DNA of 59,996 bases, filler included, from 4 parts of 4 records of this genome joined end to end with filler, not necessarily neighbours in it, one strand, 5' to 3'. Positions 30,301 through 40,561 are shown, numbered from the whole stretch's first letter. A program made the numbers and translations. Notes: generated by a model not told the origin, from the sequence alone.

Positions 30301-30662
30301 ATTGTCAAATTAGTAACAAAACCATATTCCCCTAAATCGTTTTGTAAATTATTAAAAAACAAGGTCGCAGGATTATCTGTTGGATCAATACTATTACCTA
30401 GAATTGTTTTTTGTGTCCATGTTTGTTTATGATTAGATATAAAGCATGGACTGTATGGTCTTTCTAGTTCTTCAGAAGAATAATATTTTCCAAGTGAGTC
30501 TTTCAAATAAAAAGAGAGTTTAGTAGGCATGCCACGTTTAATCATGTTTTCTGTGAGTAAAAGTGAAAATGGAACTTTATCTATTTTTTTATTCGAAAGA
30601 TTGTAAATACAAAAATTTAACTCTGTATCAAAAAACCCTGCTGTTATTTTTTTGTATTCCAT
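27345..30662 (-). CDS. RecQ-family helicase with N-terminal DUF559/Vsr-like endonuclease domain (1105 aa)
   Basis: RVDFFIP..LIIEIDGKQH..DKIRD nuclease motif; LPTGGGKSLCFQ, DEVH, EWGHDFRPSY, TAT, FGMGINK, QETGRTGRD. Confidence 0.88.
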   Translation of the reverse strand: MEYKKITAGFFDTELNFCIYNLSNKKIDKVPFSLLLTENMIKRGMPTKLSFYLKDSLGKYYSSEELERPYSPCFISNHKQTWTQKTILGNSIDPTDNPATLFFNNLQNDLGEYGFVTNLTIPEYEIAEYCPDLKKLKELNPKTRVDFFIPESNLIIEIDGKQHNENLDKIRDNLFDKYNIKTIRISTYSIRSRDNDYFLKINEIKNELKLQDRINDYKDSFLNKTYEKENLVFVCTAIIRFQIFIIELIKVGKLNLNDNEWSFNINADFKCQFDWSTLAVEDFYQWFLPFSKICDEKFNKPNVNITYSDGTNSKDAIHLDMKLFQRPDEIISKNYMIKSYYLDYFKLEKEHRSYLDFNFHSPLLSKNKKIENILEKHKFENLKLILFQMFGYTSFNEGQSYIIDNVLKQENTLGLLPTGGGKSLCFQIPSIFQLGCSIVVCPIIALMNDHVDELSRYGFLNRCEFVYGEQTQAQKNIVYDKVRKGEIKFLFISPERFQNDKFRDLVKDLTKNNLISYIVIDEVHCLSEWGHDFRPSYLALANTIVTILKTNVPIISLTATASNNVLENIKIELNIRKENVIFRMHNSRPELNYNIIKTPDKDLNLDLTINKMINDHNLSDISAGIVFTMHVNGELGCFDVEQKIRNKFPNIKSGIFCGSIPNDWTPRLEEESFNNYKRRIQNEYKNNDVQLMCATKSFGMGINKKNIRFSLHYGMPSSMEALYQETGRTGRDKKEAQNIILFKDEKERIPDRIFFKNSDINTLKQYRDEGKKIEKGDFKNQLFLLTNNKKTVDDELNDVLNLLHTLTIQNVSPLELRAKNELNLYRLFQIGIIKDWLVTDYFQNTYKIYYENLNDKILAGNIFQHIKNYEKSEPELEKHKNKINSIFKLKKDDQRKNILRYLLQWNNDHFLYNRRQSLKTLYDYTKDFEITGPKEFKRKIEAYFKSNDETHNIEKYIESNYLEAPNNLNDLLIKDGTLIPIEKIQEITFILARFLESYQSNPWLNLLSSICRLITKTFDDPDGRNRLNDFIDEAKKDSLIWNKTLINLLKFAKILNHDQKNILSEAIEIHLDNSKELILLHKYLQDDYSAITYLELFNKRLQKVF

Positions 30663-30764
30663 GCACTTATTCTTCCATTTTTAAATGTATGCGTAAATAA
30701 TTATGTTTTTAAAAAACCTTTTTTAAAACAATAAATAGCCTCAATATTTCTGTTAATTATAATT

Positions 30765-30962
30765 ATGAGTGCTAATTCAGATATAAAATGGATAGATCAA
30801 ATCTTTGATTACTGTGTTGATCTTCTTTTTGATGTGGCTGCAATTTTGGGCATTACATATGAGGAAATAAATGTCTGGTTATTTTGTATAATTTGGCCTT
30901 TGTTGAGTTTAATAATGTTTGTAGAAATTATAAGATTAAGATTAAAGCAAATTAACAAGTGA
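30765..30962 (+). CDS. Small membrane protein (65 aa)
   Basis: FDYCVDLL..GITYEEINVWLFCIIWP; one TM helix. Confidence 0.7.
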   Translation: MSANSDIKWIDQIFDYCVDLLFDVAAILGITYEEINVWLFCIIWPLLSLIMFVEIIRLRLKQINK

Positions 30963-30978
30963 AACAGTAAGGTCTAGA

Positions 30979-31656
30979 ATGTTTTCATTTTTATATAATA
31001 GACTTTATAAAAAGATATTTAGTGTTTTAGTAATAACCTTTATTGCTATCTTTTACATAGACGAAATTCCTTATCCCTTAATTTTAAATACCCCAAAATC
31101 TGAAGATATGAAGATATCTAATGAATGGAAAAATTTAAAATATCCTTGTTTTAAAGTAGAAACTCTTTCAGGAAATTTGTTATCTGATTATTCAGGATAT
31201 TTTAGTATATCTGATTATGAAAATTTCAGGCTAAATCCAGGCTTATATTTTGGAGACGAAATTCGAGATTACAAAGAAAAAGAGGTTTTAATTGGATATA
31301 GTCCTGTGATGTACTCACTGATTCAACCAATACATAAATGTATAAATAAAGAAATTAAAAACGCTAGTACTCATGATAACGTTTTTTTTATTCTAGGGGA
31401 ATTTAATACTAAGATATGTGCTGCACATGCTCCATATATTCAATCAAAATGTCAGAGTTCTTATATAGTACAGACCTGTAGTTTTTCTAAAACAGGTTCG
31501 ATGACTGGAATTAATCAATGTACAATTGGTTTGTTTGGATTGTTTAATTTAAAAGAAGTGGGATTAAGTATTGTACCACTTAAATATTTTGAGTTTTTCG
31601 AAGATGATAATGATGCTTTTAACTATATTTGGTTTAAAGAGAGAAAATTATCCTAA
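30979..31656 (+). CDS. Hypothetical Cys-containing protein with N-terminal anchor
   Basis: 225-aa ORF, hydrophobic N-terminus. Confidence 0.6.
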   Translation: MFSFLYNRLYKKIFSVLVITFIAIFYIDEIPYPLILNTPKSEDMKISNEWKNLKYPCFKVETLSGNLLSDYSGYFSISDYENFRLNPGLYFGDEIRDYKEKEVLIGYSPVMYSLIQPIHKCINKEIKNASTHDNVFFILGEFNTKICAAHAPYIQSKCQSSYIVQTCSFSKTGSMTGINQCTIGLFGLFNLKEVGLSIVPLKYFEFFEDDNDAFNYIWFKERKLS

Positions 31657-31715
31657 TGACTGAGAGGAACTCCTAACTTATATTGTATAACTATAGGAAT
31701 TTTACATTTTTTCTC

Positions 31716-31736
31716 AGTCTACAATTTAGTCCACAA
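31716..31736. repeat. Second copy of 12-bp-period AGTCTACAATTTAGTCCACAA motif
   Basis: Matches 25386-25406 with two mismatches. Confidence 0.6.
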
Positions 31737-31791
31737 ACTTGATATTTATTATATTAATATTTATAACTTAGGTCGGTAAGAAGGATGTACT

Positions 31792-33288
31792 TTGAATACT
31801 GTTATAGATAGTGGTGAATTTACTGACGACTTCATAGATTGTGCTAGATTTGTAAATAATTTCTTTTCTGAAAAAGGGAAGGATGTAATTAACTTCATCA
31901 GATTTGCAACTATTCCAACTCCAGTTCACACTTCTTTTAGAATAGGTAATCAACTCTTTTTCATTCACATTGTTGATCTTGACGACAACATGGAACAACC
32001 TGGCAGCATTGAAGGGTTTATCTCTATTTGTGAAAGGTTTCAATGCCTTGCTTGCCTTATACCAGTTCGTAAGAAAAATAATAAATGGACTATTGAAAAC
32101 TTAGATTGGGGACTAATAGACGCTAAAACAGGAGACGTCATTGACCCTTATGAACTTGTTAGTGACGAAAAGATTGTCATGTCTGATTATGAAATACACG
32201 AAATGGGTAATGACTATGTAAGATATCATATAATTACAAAGAACCTTGGTTATAAAGTCTCAAGTTTCATAATAGACCCTGATATAATACCATCAATTAT
32301 TTTTAATAAACCAAATGAAAAATGTTGTGTTTTAGTAAAAGTATCTTACGACCCTAACCCGTGGGTAAGACAAGAAGATTTTAAAGATGAATTAGAAAAC
32401 GTGAAGTCCAGTTTTCCTGATATGACAGTTTATTTTGCAGGTGTACATTTATTTGGACAAGAGCAAATGAAACAAAAAGATAACACTTTACCCTTATATA
32501 GAGGGCAAGGTTATTATCCTACTTTTAGGGGCTTAGAAACTTTTGACGATTTAGAGAATGTTAGAAAGTTTGACAAAGCTATTGAAGACGATGATTACAC
32601 AAATGCTTTCAAGTTACTTTTACCACTTGCTGAACAAGGGTATGAGCATGCTCAAAATAATATTGCAAATTTTTATGAGTATGGTCTGGGAACTAAGAAA
32701 GATATGAAATTAGCTTTTAAATGGTATCTTCGTTCTGCTGAAAGAGGCGCGTCTTATGGTCAAAATAATGTTGGGGTTTGCTATAAATTTGGCAAGGGAG
32801 TTGAAAAAAACCTTACAACTGCCTTTGAATGGTTTAAAAAAGCCGCAGACGAATCTAATCGTGCGTTATATAATCTAGCCCTTTGCTTTAGAGATGGTGA
32901 AGGAGTTGAACAAGATTATAGTGAAGCTATAAAAATTTTTAAGTCATTAATGGATAAAAATGATGCATCAGGTATTTGCGCTCTTGGAGTAATGTATTAC
33001 GAAGGAAAAGGAGTTCTAATAGATTATAAAGAAGCAGTTAGAATTACAAAAATAGCTATCAAGCAAAACGATAGTACCAGCCAAAGAAACCTTGGTGAAT
33101 TTTATGAATATGGACGCGGCGTTAAGCAAGATAATGTCAAAGCATTAATGTGGTATACGATTTCGCTAAAAAATGGGTGGGACGAAAGTAAAGAATTAAT
33201 AGAAAAATTAGCTGAAAAAATGTCACTAAATGATCTGGAAAAAGCTGAAAAACTAGCTAATGAATATTTAGCTAAACAAAAAAGTTAG
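31792..33288 (+). CDS. Sel1-like repeat protein with uncharacterised N-terminal domain
   Basis: About five SLR repeats (AQNNIANFYEYGLG, GQNNVGVCYKFGKGV, etc.) after about 250 aa of non-repeat sequence. Confidence 0.85.
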   Translation: MNTVIDSGEFTDDFIDCARFVNNFFSEKGKDVINFIRFATIPTPVHTSFRIGNQLFFIHIVDLDDNMEQPGSIEGFISICERFQCLACLIPVRKKNNKWTIENLDWGLIDAKTGDVIDPYELVSDEKIVMSDYEIHEMGNDYVRYHIITKNLGYKVSSFIIDPDIIPSIIFNKPNEKCCVLVKVSYDPNPWVRQEDFKDELENVKSSFPDMTVYFAGVHLFGQEQMKQKDNTLPLYRGQGYYPTFRGLETFDDLENVRKFDKAIEDDDYTNAFKLLLPLAEQGYEHAQNNIANFYEYGLGTKKDMKLAFKWYLRSAERGASYGQNNVGVCYKFGKGVEKNLTTAFEWFKKAADESNRALYNLALCFRDGEGVEQDYSEAIKIFKSLMDKNDASGICALGVMYYEGKGVLIDYKEAVRITKIAIKQNDSTSQRNLGEFYEYGRGVKQDNVKALMWYTISLKNGWDESKELIEKLAEKMSLNDLEKAEKLANEYLAKQKS

Positions 33289-33734
33289 GCTTTAGCCCAA
33301 TATCTTTTTGCAGCTTCATCAATGAACATAATTCTACTAGCAACCATTCCATAAACTTTCTGTTTAAAATCATCTGCCTCTTCGTCGCCTAATAGTAATC
33401 TTAGGCATTTAATAACACGAGTAATTCTAAGATGATTATGGTCGTTTTTCTTTTTCCAGTGACTATTTCTAAATAAAAAACCTAAGTACCAATCTTTTGC
33501 ATTTTTTAAATTAGTTTGAGCTTCTTTGCTTTTCTGGAAAAGAGCTATGACTTCGTCATCAACTATAGGAACATCACGAGCAATACTACTTTGTTCATCA
33601 GTTGGGAAAATCCATTGAACAAAGTCATGTTTTTCTTCAATGTCTCTATCTGTAAAGCTCAGTATTTCGGAGATATATCTATCTCTAAAATCGGGACCTT
33701 TATTAGCTAAGAAGTCATATAATTGATTGTTAAT
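33285..33734 (-). CDS. Opioid growth factor receptor (OGFr)-like conserved-domain protein, 149 aa, putative ATT start (not in ORF track)
   Basis: HDFVQWIFP and DHNHLRITRVIKCLRLL motifs; AAAGGA 7 nt before an in-frame ATT; no upstream in-frame ATG/GTG/TTG before a stop. Confidence 0.8.
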   Translation of the reverse strand: MNNQLYDFLANKGPDFRDRYISEILSFTDRDIEEKHDFVQWIFPTDEQSSIARDVPIVDDEVIALFQKSKEAQTNLKNAKDWYLGFLFRNSHWKKKNDHNHLRITRVIKCLRLLLGDEEADDFKQKVYGMVASRIMFIDEAAKRYWAKA

Positions 33735-33848
33735 GTCACTATCCTTTAATATTATATTAATTTTTTCTATTTCATTATGACACTACTCATCATAAATAAA
33801 AGTTTTATGCTACTATAAATTTTTAATAGTATTTAATGAATTTTAAAA

Positions 33849-34138
33849 ATGACAGACCTTCAAAAAGCAGTAGATGCAATAAATAAGAATGACTTCAAAG
33901 GAGCCATTAAAATTTTATCACCTATTGCGGAAAGTGGAAATGCTAGCGCTCAATTTTATATGGGGTCTCTTTATTTTAATGGCTTAGGTGTTATTGCAAA
34001 TGAACAAGAAGCTGCAAAACTTCGTTCAAGTGCAATTAAAATATTTAAAGAACAAGCAGGAAATAAGAATAAGGAAGCAATTTCTAAATTAGGCAGAATT
34101 CTAGCTGATGGATCACAAGTAGATGACACAAATTTTTT
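33849..34138 (+). CDS. Sel1-like repeat protein (3' truncated)
   Basis: AESGNASAQFYMGSLYFNGLGV. Confidence 0.75.
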
Positions 34139-34238
34139 NNNNNNNNNNNNNNNNNNNNNNNNNNNNNNNNNNNNNNNNNNNNTTAATTAATTAANNNNNN
34201 NNNNNNNNNNNNNNNNNNNNNNNNNNNNNNNNNNNNNN
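34139..34238. other. Artificial contig spacer
   Basis: Same 100-nt N/TTAATTAATTAA linker. Confidence 0.98.
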
Positions 34239-35531
34239 AGCAGTTAACTTTTCAACTCCATATTTTTTGGATAATTGCTCGTGAATCTTCTCATAATACT
34301 GATTATCCTTAACCTTAACGTTAGTTTCACGATGACAATTTATACACCAACCCATTGTTAAAGGAGAGTACTGATACATTATTTCCATCTCTTCAACAGG
34401 CCCGTGACAAGTTTGACATTCAATACCTCCAACAGAAACATGTTGAGCGTGATTGAAATATGAAAAGTCAGGAAGGTTGTGAATTCTTACCCACTTAACA
34501 GCTTGAGTTTCACCAGTATATTCTTGAGACTCATCATCCCATCCAACTGCTTTGTATAGTTTCTGAATTTCAGCATCATAAAACTCCTTAGAGTACTCTT
34601 CAGTGGTTTCTCCATTATATTCGTATATAGATTTGTGACAATTCATACAAACATTAAGTGATGGTATTCCAGAGTGCTTACTAACTCGTGCAGAAGAATG
34701 GCAATAATTACAGTCTATTTCATTATCTCCTGAATGAATTTTATGCGAGTAATGTATAGGTTGTACAGGTTCGTAACCCTGATTAACTCCGATTTGCATT
34801 AGAAATCCATAAACAAAATAAGCACTAACTAAAAGCATTATGATAGCACTACATAACATTAAAAACTGGTTATCAACGAAAGCTTTCCAAAGAGGTTTTC
34901 TTGTAGATTTCTTTTTAGTTGGTAACTGAATATTGTTTTGTGCAGCAAAACTTCTAAGTGTTTTGTTAACTACAAATAACCCTAATGATAGAAGCAAAAA
35001 CATAAATGCAAAAACTCCTAATATTATTTCGTTAGAGATGCCATTAGAAGTATTTTCACTAGTTGGAGAAACTTCAACAGCTTTAACTACAGGGGCAGGT
35101 TTTTCTTGGGCGGTATATGCTAAAATATTATTTAAATCATCATCTGATAACTGAGGATAAGCTGTCATAGCAGCTCCATTATATTCAGCATAAATTTTGT
35201 TAGCGTAATCATCACCAGATTTAATTAGAGATGAGCTATTTCTAATCCATTTGTAGAGCCATTCTCTGTCTAGACCTTCGTCATTGTAAAGTCTATCTTC
35301 AACTCCCCTTAATGCTGGGCCAGTCATTTTTTTATCAAGCTTGTGACATGCAGCACAATTAGAATTAAATAAAGCTTTTCCTTTTACAGGGTCAGCGTCT
35401 TGTCCAAGAGAAGAAATTGTAAAAATAAAAGCAAGCGGCAGAAGTAGTTTCCTGAGAGAGATACAAGAGAAAAATTTTGAATTTTTAATTAAGTAAAATT
35501 TAGAATCTACTTTATTATATTTTTTATTCAT
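34239..35531 (-). CDS. actA: Alternative complex III multiheme cytochrome c subunit ActA (monoheme + pentaheme; 3' truncated)
   Basis: CAACH, CNYCH, CMNCH, CQTCH, CINCH; PVQPIHYSHKIH; Flavobacteria-type fusion. Confidence 0.85.
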
Positions 35532-35707
35532 TTAAAAAGAAAAAATCATTTATAAAAATCAAGCACAAAAATAATACATATCAACGATTATTTAGCCCTC
35601 ACATATGGTAATTTTAATTCAAAATTATAATTTATAAACATTCTAAATAATATATTTAGAGCTTATTAAAAATAAGTATACATTTGTAATTCAAAAGTAA
35701 AGAAAAA

Positions 35708-36115
35708 TTGAATAAGATTATTACCTACTTAAGTATATTTTTTTTGTGCGCTAACTCGTTTTCACAAAGCCAATTAGCTCAAGTAAATCAAGACAGCAGA
35801 ATTGATAGTTTGTTAAAGCTCAAAAAGGAAATAAATAAAAATACATTTGATTTAAAAATTCAAATATTTAGTGGAGAGAGAGACAAGGCTTTAGAATTAA
35901 TTGCAAATCATGATAAAGATGATTATTCTAATACTAACATAGAACTGGTTTATGAGACTCCCAATTATAAAGTTTGGATAGGTGATTTTTATTCACAATT
36001 AGAAGCTGACAAAAAACTTTTAATGATTAAAAAAAAATATCCCGAAGCGTTTATCTTTAGACCAAAACCAAAGATCGAAAATACTAACGCTGATCTGGTT
36101 GAAATAAAACAATAA
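35708..36115 (+). CDS. SPOR-domain protein
   Basis: KIQIFSG, YETPNYKVWIGDF; Bacteroidetes promoter TACATTTG at 35679-35686. Confidence 0.8.
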   Translation: MNKIITYLSIFFLCANSFSQSQLAQVNQDSRIDSLLKLKKEINKNTFDLKIQIFSGERDKALELIANHDKDDYSNTNIELVYETPNYKVWIGDFYSQLEADKKLLMIKKKYPEAFIFRPKPKIENTNADLVEIKQ

Positions 36116-36119
36116 ATAA

Positions 36120-38804
36120 CTATTTAAGTTTTTTCTTAATTTCTACTTGTTGGAAACCTTCTATTATATCACCCTCTTTTAAATCGTTGTAATTTTTAAT
36201 TTGCATTCCACAATCATAACCTTTTGCAACTTCTTTAACATCATCTTTAAACCTTTTAAGGGAAGATAATTCACCAGAGTAGATTACAACTCCGTCACGA
36301 ATTAATCTAACACCACAATTTCTAAATATTTTTCCAGTTGTAACCATACAACCTGCAATAGTACCGATTTTTGAAATTTTAAAAGTCTCTCTAACTTCTG
36401 AAGTCCCAGTTATCTCTTCTTTAAAGTCTGGAGACAGCATTCCTTCCATAGCATCTTTCAAATCATTAATAGCATCATATATTATTGAATACATTCTGAT
36501 GTCTATTTCTTCTTTATCTGCTATTTGTCTTGCATTGCCTGTTGGCCTAACATTAAACCCAATTATAATTGCATCAGAAGCAGATGCTAATAAAACATCG
36601 CTTTCAGTTATTGCTCCAACTGCTTTATGTATAATATTTACTTGAATTTCTTCAGTTGATAATTTCTGGAAGGAATCAGTTAATGCTTCAACAGATCCAT
36701 CAACATCTCCTTTGAGAATAATATTTAATTCTTTAAAGTCTCCTAAAGCAATTCTTCTTCCAATTTCATCAAGTGTAATATGCCTTTGTGTTCTAACAGA
36801 TTGCTCTCTTTGCAATTGTGTTCTTTTAACAGCAATTTGCTTAGCCTCTCTTTCATCTGAAAAAACAATAAACTTGTCACCAGCTTGGGGAGCTCCGTCT
36901 AAACCAAGAATTGATATTGGAGACGAAGGACCGGCAGTTTCAACAATATTACCTCTTTCATCATGCATTGCTTTAACTTTACCACTATTTTTACCTGCTA
37001 AAACATAGTCACCAATCTTTAATGTTCCTGTTTGAACTAGGATTGTGGAAACATAACCTCTTCCTTTGTCTAAAAAGGCTTCAACTACTGTTCCAGATGA
37101 AGCTCTATTAGGATTTGCTTTAAGCTCTAAAATCTCTGCTTCTAATAATACTTTTTCCAACAAGTCATCTACGCCATCTCCCTTTAATGCAGAAATATCA
37201 TGAGACTGTATTTTACCTCCCCAATCTTCAACTAATAAATTCATTTGGGAAAGACCTTCTTTAATTTTATCAGGGTTTGCCGTTGGTCTATCAATTTTAT
37301 TAATTGCAAAGACTATCGGAACTCCTGCTGCTTGAGCATGAGAAATAGCCTCTTTTGTTTGAGGCATAATATCATCATCTGCAGCAATTACAATAATTGC
37401 CAAATCAGTTACTTGTGCTCCTCTTGCTCTCATTGCAGTAAATGCCTCATGCCCAGGAGTGTCTAAAAAAGTTATTTTTTGTCCACTTGAAAGTTCTACA
37501 CTATATGCTCCAATATGCTGCGTAATGCCGCCAGATTCACCAGCAATAACATTTTCTTTTCTAATGTAATCCAATAGCGAAGTTTTACCATGATCGACAT
37601 GACCCATAACTGTAACAATTGGGGCTCTTGGCTTTAAATCTTCTTCTGAATCTAATATTTCTTCAATTGAATCTTCAATATCTGCAGTTACAAACTCAAC
37701 GCTGTAACCAAATTCTTCAGCCACAATGCTTAATGTTTCTGCATCTAAACGCTGATTCATTGTAACCATCATTCCTAAGGTCATGCATGCTGATATTATT
37801 TCAGTAACAGAAACATCCATCATCGTGGCAACCTCACTAGCAGTAACAAATTCTGTTACCTTCAGCAATTTGCTTTCTGCCTCTACATTTGCAAGTTCAT
37901 CTTCTGTTTTTTGACGGTGCTGATCTCTTTTCTCTTTTCTATATTTTGCGCCCTTACCTTTTGAACTCTTACCTTGAAGTTTTTCAAGTGTTTCTCTAAC
38001 TTGTTTTTGAACTTCCTCTGCACTAGGCTCCTCTTTTGTAGAGGTGGTGTTCTTTGATTTAAAATTAGATTTTTGAGCTGTTCTTTGAACTGGTTTTTGA
38101 GTAGTTTTTGCATTATCGTTAGGCTTACTAATCCTCCTTCTCTTTCTTTTTGAATTAGACTGAGAAGGGCTTTCTTTTTTCTTTTCAGCTTTAAATTTTG
38201 TTAAATCAATAGTTTCTCCAGTTGACTTAAGTCCAGATAACTTTTTGTATTTGGTAGTGACTGTATCAGATTCAGCTTTGCTATCTTCACTGTCAACTTT
38301 GTCATCTTTTTTAACAGCTCCTTCTGTAGTAGCTTTTTTAGGATCTATTTCAATTTCTTTAGTATTCTTTTCATCGGAAGCAGCTTTTTCAACTACAATA
38401 GCAGAAGGTTCCACAGATTCTTTAGTTTTAAGCGATTTAGGTTTTTCTAAATTAGGCTGAAGGTCAATTTTTCCAACTTTTTTTACTTCTTTTAGTTTTG
38501 ATGCAGCTGTTATAACTTTCGCATCTTCTTCTTTATTCTTTAATAAAAGTTCAATTTCAGCCTCTCTTTTAATTCTTAGAGCTTCTTTTTCTTTGGATTT
38601 AGCCTCACCTAATTCTTTGGAAGCAACTTTTTTATTTGCATCAGTTTGGAATTCATTAGATAATAGTTCATAAATCTCTAAAGAAATTTTGGTAGTTGGA
38701 CGTTTTTCAATTTCAATGCTTTTGGATTCAAGAAAATCTATAGCACGGTCTATTGAAATATTCAACTCCCTTAACACTTTATTTAATCTAATATTTGGAG
38801 CCAT
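36120..38804 (-). CDS. infB: Translation initiation factor IF-2
   Basis: [17 protein letters not shown]. Confidence 0.98.
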   Translation of the reverse strand: MAPNIRLNKVLRELNISIDRAIDFLESKSIEIEKRPTTKISLEIYELLSNEFQTDANKKVASKELGEAKSKEKEALRIKREAEIELLLKNKEEDAKVITAASKLKEVKKVGKIDLQPNLEKPKSLKTKESVEPSAIVVEKAASDEKNTKEIEIDPKKATTEGAVKKDDKVDSEDSKAESDTVTTKYKKLSGLKSTGETIDLTKFKAEKKKESPSQSNSKRKRRRISKPNDNAKTTQKPVQRTAQKSNFKSKNTTSTKEEPSAEEVQKQVRETLEKLQGKSSKGKGAKYRKEKRDQHRQKTEDELANVEAESKLLKVTEFVTASEVATMMDVSVTEIISACMTLGMMVTMNQRLDAETLSIVAEEFGYSVEFVTADIEDSIEEILDSEEDLKPRAPIVTVMGHVDHGKTSLLDYIRKENVIAGESGGITQHIGAYSVELSSGQKITFLDTPGHEAFTAMRARGAQVTDLAIIVIAADDDIMPQTKEAISHAQAAGVPIVFAINKIDRPTANPDKIKEGLSQMNLLVEDWGGKIQSHDISALKGDGVDDLLEKVLLEAEILELKANPNRASSGTVVEAFLDKGRGYVSTILVQTGTLKIGDYVLAGKNSGKVKAMHDERGNIVETAGPSSPISILGLDGAPQAGDKFIVFSDEREAKQIAVKRTQLQREQSVRTQRHITLDEIGRRIALGDFKELNIILKGDVDGSVEALTDSFQKLSTEEIQVNIIHKAVGAITESDVLLASASDAIIIGFNVRPTGNARQIADKEEIDIRMYSIIYDAINDLKDAMEGMLSPDFKEEITGTSEVRETFKISKIGTIAGCMVTTGKIFRNCGVRLIRDGVVIYSGELSSLKRFKDDVKEVAKGYDCGMQIKNYNDLKEGDIIEGFQQVEIKKKLK

Positions 38805-38825
38805 AAATTGGTTTAAATTATATTA

Positions 38826-40058
38826 TCAATCTTCAAATTCTTCCTTAAGAATTCTAACTACCTCAACAATAGTTTCTTCTTCAAGATCAGTTCTTTTTAC
38901 TAAGTCAACAACTTCCTGTTCCAGAACACTTTTTGCGGTATCTAAACCAGCTTTAGCAAGTTCTTCAATAACCCATCCGTCTATTTCATCACTAAATTCT
39001 CTTAATTCTACGTCTTCTTCAACTCCTTCTCTAAATACGTCTATTTCATATCCAGTAATTTGACCTGCCAATCTAATATTATGACCGCCACGTCCAATTG
39101 CTTTGCTAACTTCTTCAGGTTTTAAAATTACTTCAGCTCTTTTATTTTCTTCATCAATTTTGATAGAGGTAATTCTAGCTGGACTTAATGAGCGAGTTAT
39201 AAAAAGCTGAAGATTATTAGTGTAATTAATAACATCAATATTCTCATTGCCTAACTCTCTAACTATCCCATGAATTCTAGATCCCTTCATTCCCACGCAT
39301 GCACCAACAGGATCTATTCTATCATCATATGAATCTACTGCTACTTTGGCTTTTTCTCCAGGGATTCTAACAACTTTCTTAACATTTATAAGACCATCAA
39401 ATACCTCTGGAATTTCCTGCTCAAATAATTTTTCTAAAAACAATGGAGAAGTCCTAGACATAATTATCGATGGTTTTGAACCTTTTAACTCAACACTTTC
39501 AATAACCCCTCTAATATTATCTCCCTTTCTAAAAAAATCAGATGGAATCTGTTTTTCTTTTGGCATTATAATTTCATTTCCTTCATCATCTAGCAATATA
39601 ATAGCTCTATGTCTTATATGGTGAACTTCAGCGGTGTAAATCTCACCAACTAAATCCTTAAATTGCTTATAAATGTTAGAATTATCATGTTCATGAATTT
39701 TGGAAACTAAATTTTGTCTTAGCGCCAAAATAGCTCTTCTACCAAGGTCAATTAATTTAACTTCTTCTGAAACATCTTCACCCACCTCAAAATCAGGCTC
39801 TATTTGTCTGGCTTCGCTAAGTGATATTTCGCCATTTTCATCTTCAATTTCACCATCAGCTACAACTACTCTGTTTCTCCAAATCTCTAAATCTCCTTTG
39901 TCAGGGTTAATTATAATATCAAAATTATCATCATCTCCAAACTTTCTTTTTAAGGCACTTCTAAAAACATCTTCTAAAATAGTCATTAGAGTTACTCTGT
40001 CAATTAATTTGTCGTCTTTAAATTCAGAAAAAGACTCTATTAAGGCTATATTTTCCAT
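38826..40058 (-). CDS. nusA: Transcription termination factor NusA
   Basis: S1/KH domains, IDPVGACVGMKGSRI, AIGRGGHN. Confidence 0.98.
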   Translation of the reverse strand: MENIALIESFSEFKDDKLIDRVTLMTILEDVFRSALKRKFGDDDNFDIIINPDKGDLEIWRNRVVVADGEIEDENGEISLSEARQIEPDFEVGEDVSEEVKLIDLGRRAILALRQNLVSKIHEHDNSNIYKQFKDLVGEIYTAEVHHIRHRAIILLDDEGNEIIMPKEKQIPSDFFRKGDNIRGVIESVELKGSKPSIIMSRTSPLFLEKLFEQEIPEVFDGLINVKKVVRIPGEKAKVAVDSYDDRIDPVGACVGMKGSRIHGIVRELGNENIDVINYTNNLQLFITRSLSPARITSIKIDEENKRAEVILKPEEVSKAIGRGGHNIRLAGQITGYEIDVFREGVEEDVELREFSDEIDGWVIEELAKAGLDTAKSVLEQEVVDLVKRTDLEEETIVEVVRILKEEFED

Positions 40059-40067
40059 AATATAATA

Positions 40068-40529
40068 TTAAAATTTAATTTTAACTTTTGCTTCGTTTAT
40101 ATCTTTGTATAATAAATTAATTTCTTTTTCAACAGTGATTTTACCCTTGCCAATTTTTTTAGGCTCACGTTGTTTCCATTTCAGTTTAATTTCGTCACTT
40201 GTAGCTTCAACTAATTCAGCCTCATAGTGATTATCATTAGTTCTAACCTGTAGAACTCTTCCAATGTTTTTTACAAATTGTCTAGAGATAGTTAATGCTG
40301 CTGAAGCTCCTGCTGAACTAACTTCTAGAGAAAAATCATATTCATCTCTGTCAATATTGTGTTCAATGGCGCGACTAACAAATATACAATCTTCGACCAA
40401 AACTCCTTTATCTCCATCTATAACAATTCTAATCTTATTACCGGACAAAATTTCGAAGTCTGTTAAAAAAAGATCCTCCCTTTCCAACAAACTTTTTTTA
40501 AGTAATTCTTCGACAATCGATTTAAACAT
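40068..40529 (-). CDS. rimP: Ribosome maturation factor RimP
   Basis: IDGDKGV, FSLEVSSAG; rimP-nusA-infB order. Confidence 0.95.
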   Translation of the reverse strand: MFKSIVEELLKKSLLEREDLFLTDFEILSGNKIRIVIDGDKGVLVEDCIFVSRAIEHNIDRDEYDFSLEVSSAGASAALTISRQFVKNIGRVLQVRTNDNHYEAELVEATSDEIKLKWKQREPKKIGKGKITVEKEINLLYKDINEAKVKIKF

Positions 40530-40537
40530 AATTCTAT

Positions 40538-40561
40538 AAAAAGAGGGGACTTAGTCCCCTC
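40538..40561 (-). promoter_or_regulatory. rimP-leader terminator-like hairpin
   Basis: GAGGGGAC-TAA-GTCCCCTC-TTTTT just before the rimP ATG; TATATTTG promoter at 40588-40595. Confidence 0.7.

Noticed and set aside
33516-33710. 64-aa + strand ORF
   Set aside because: Antisense to the motif-bearing OGFr-like gene.
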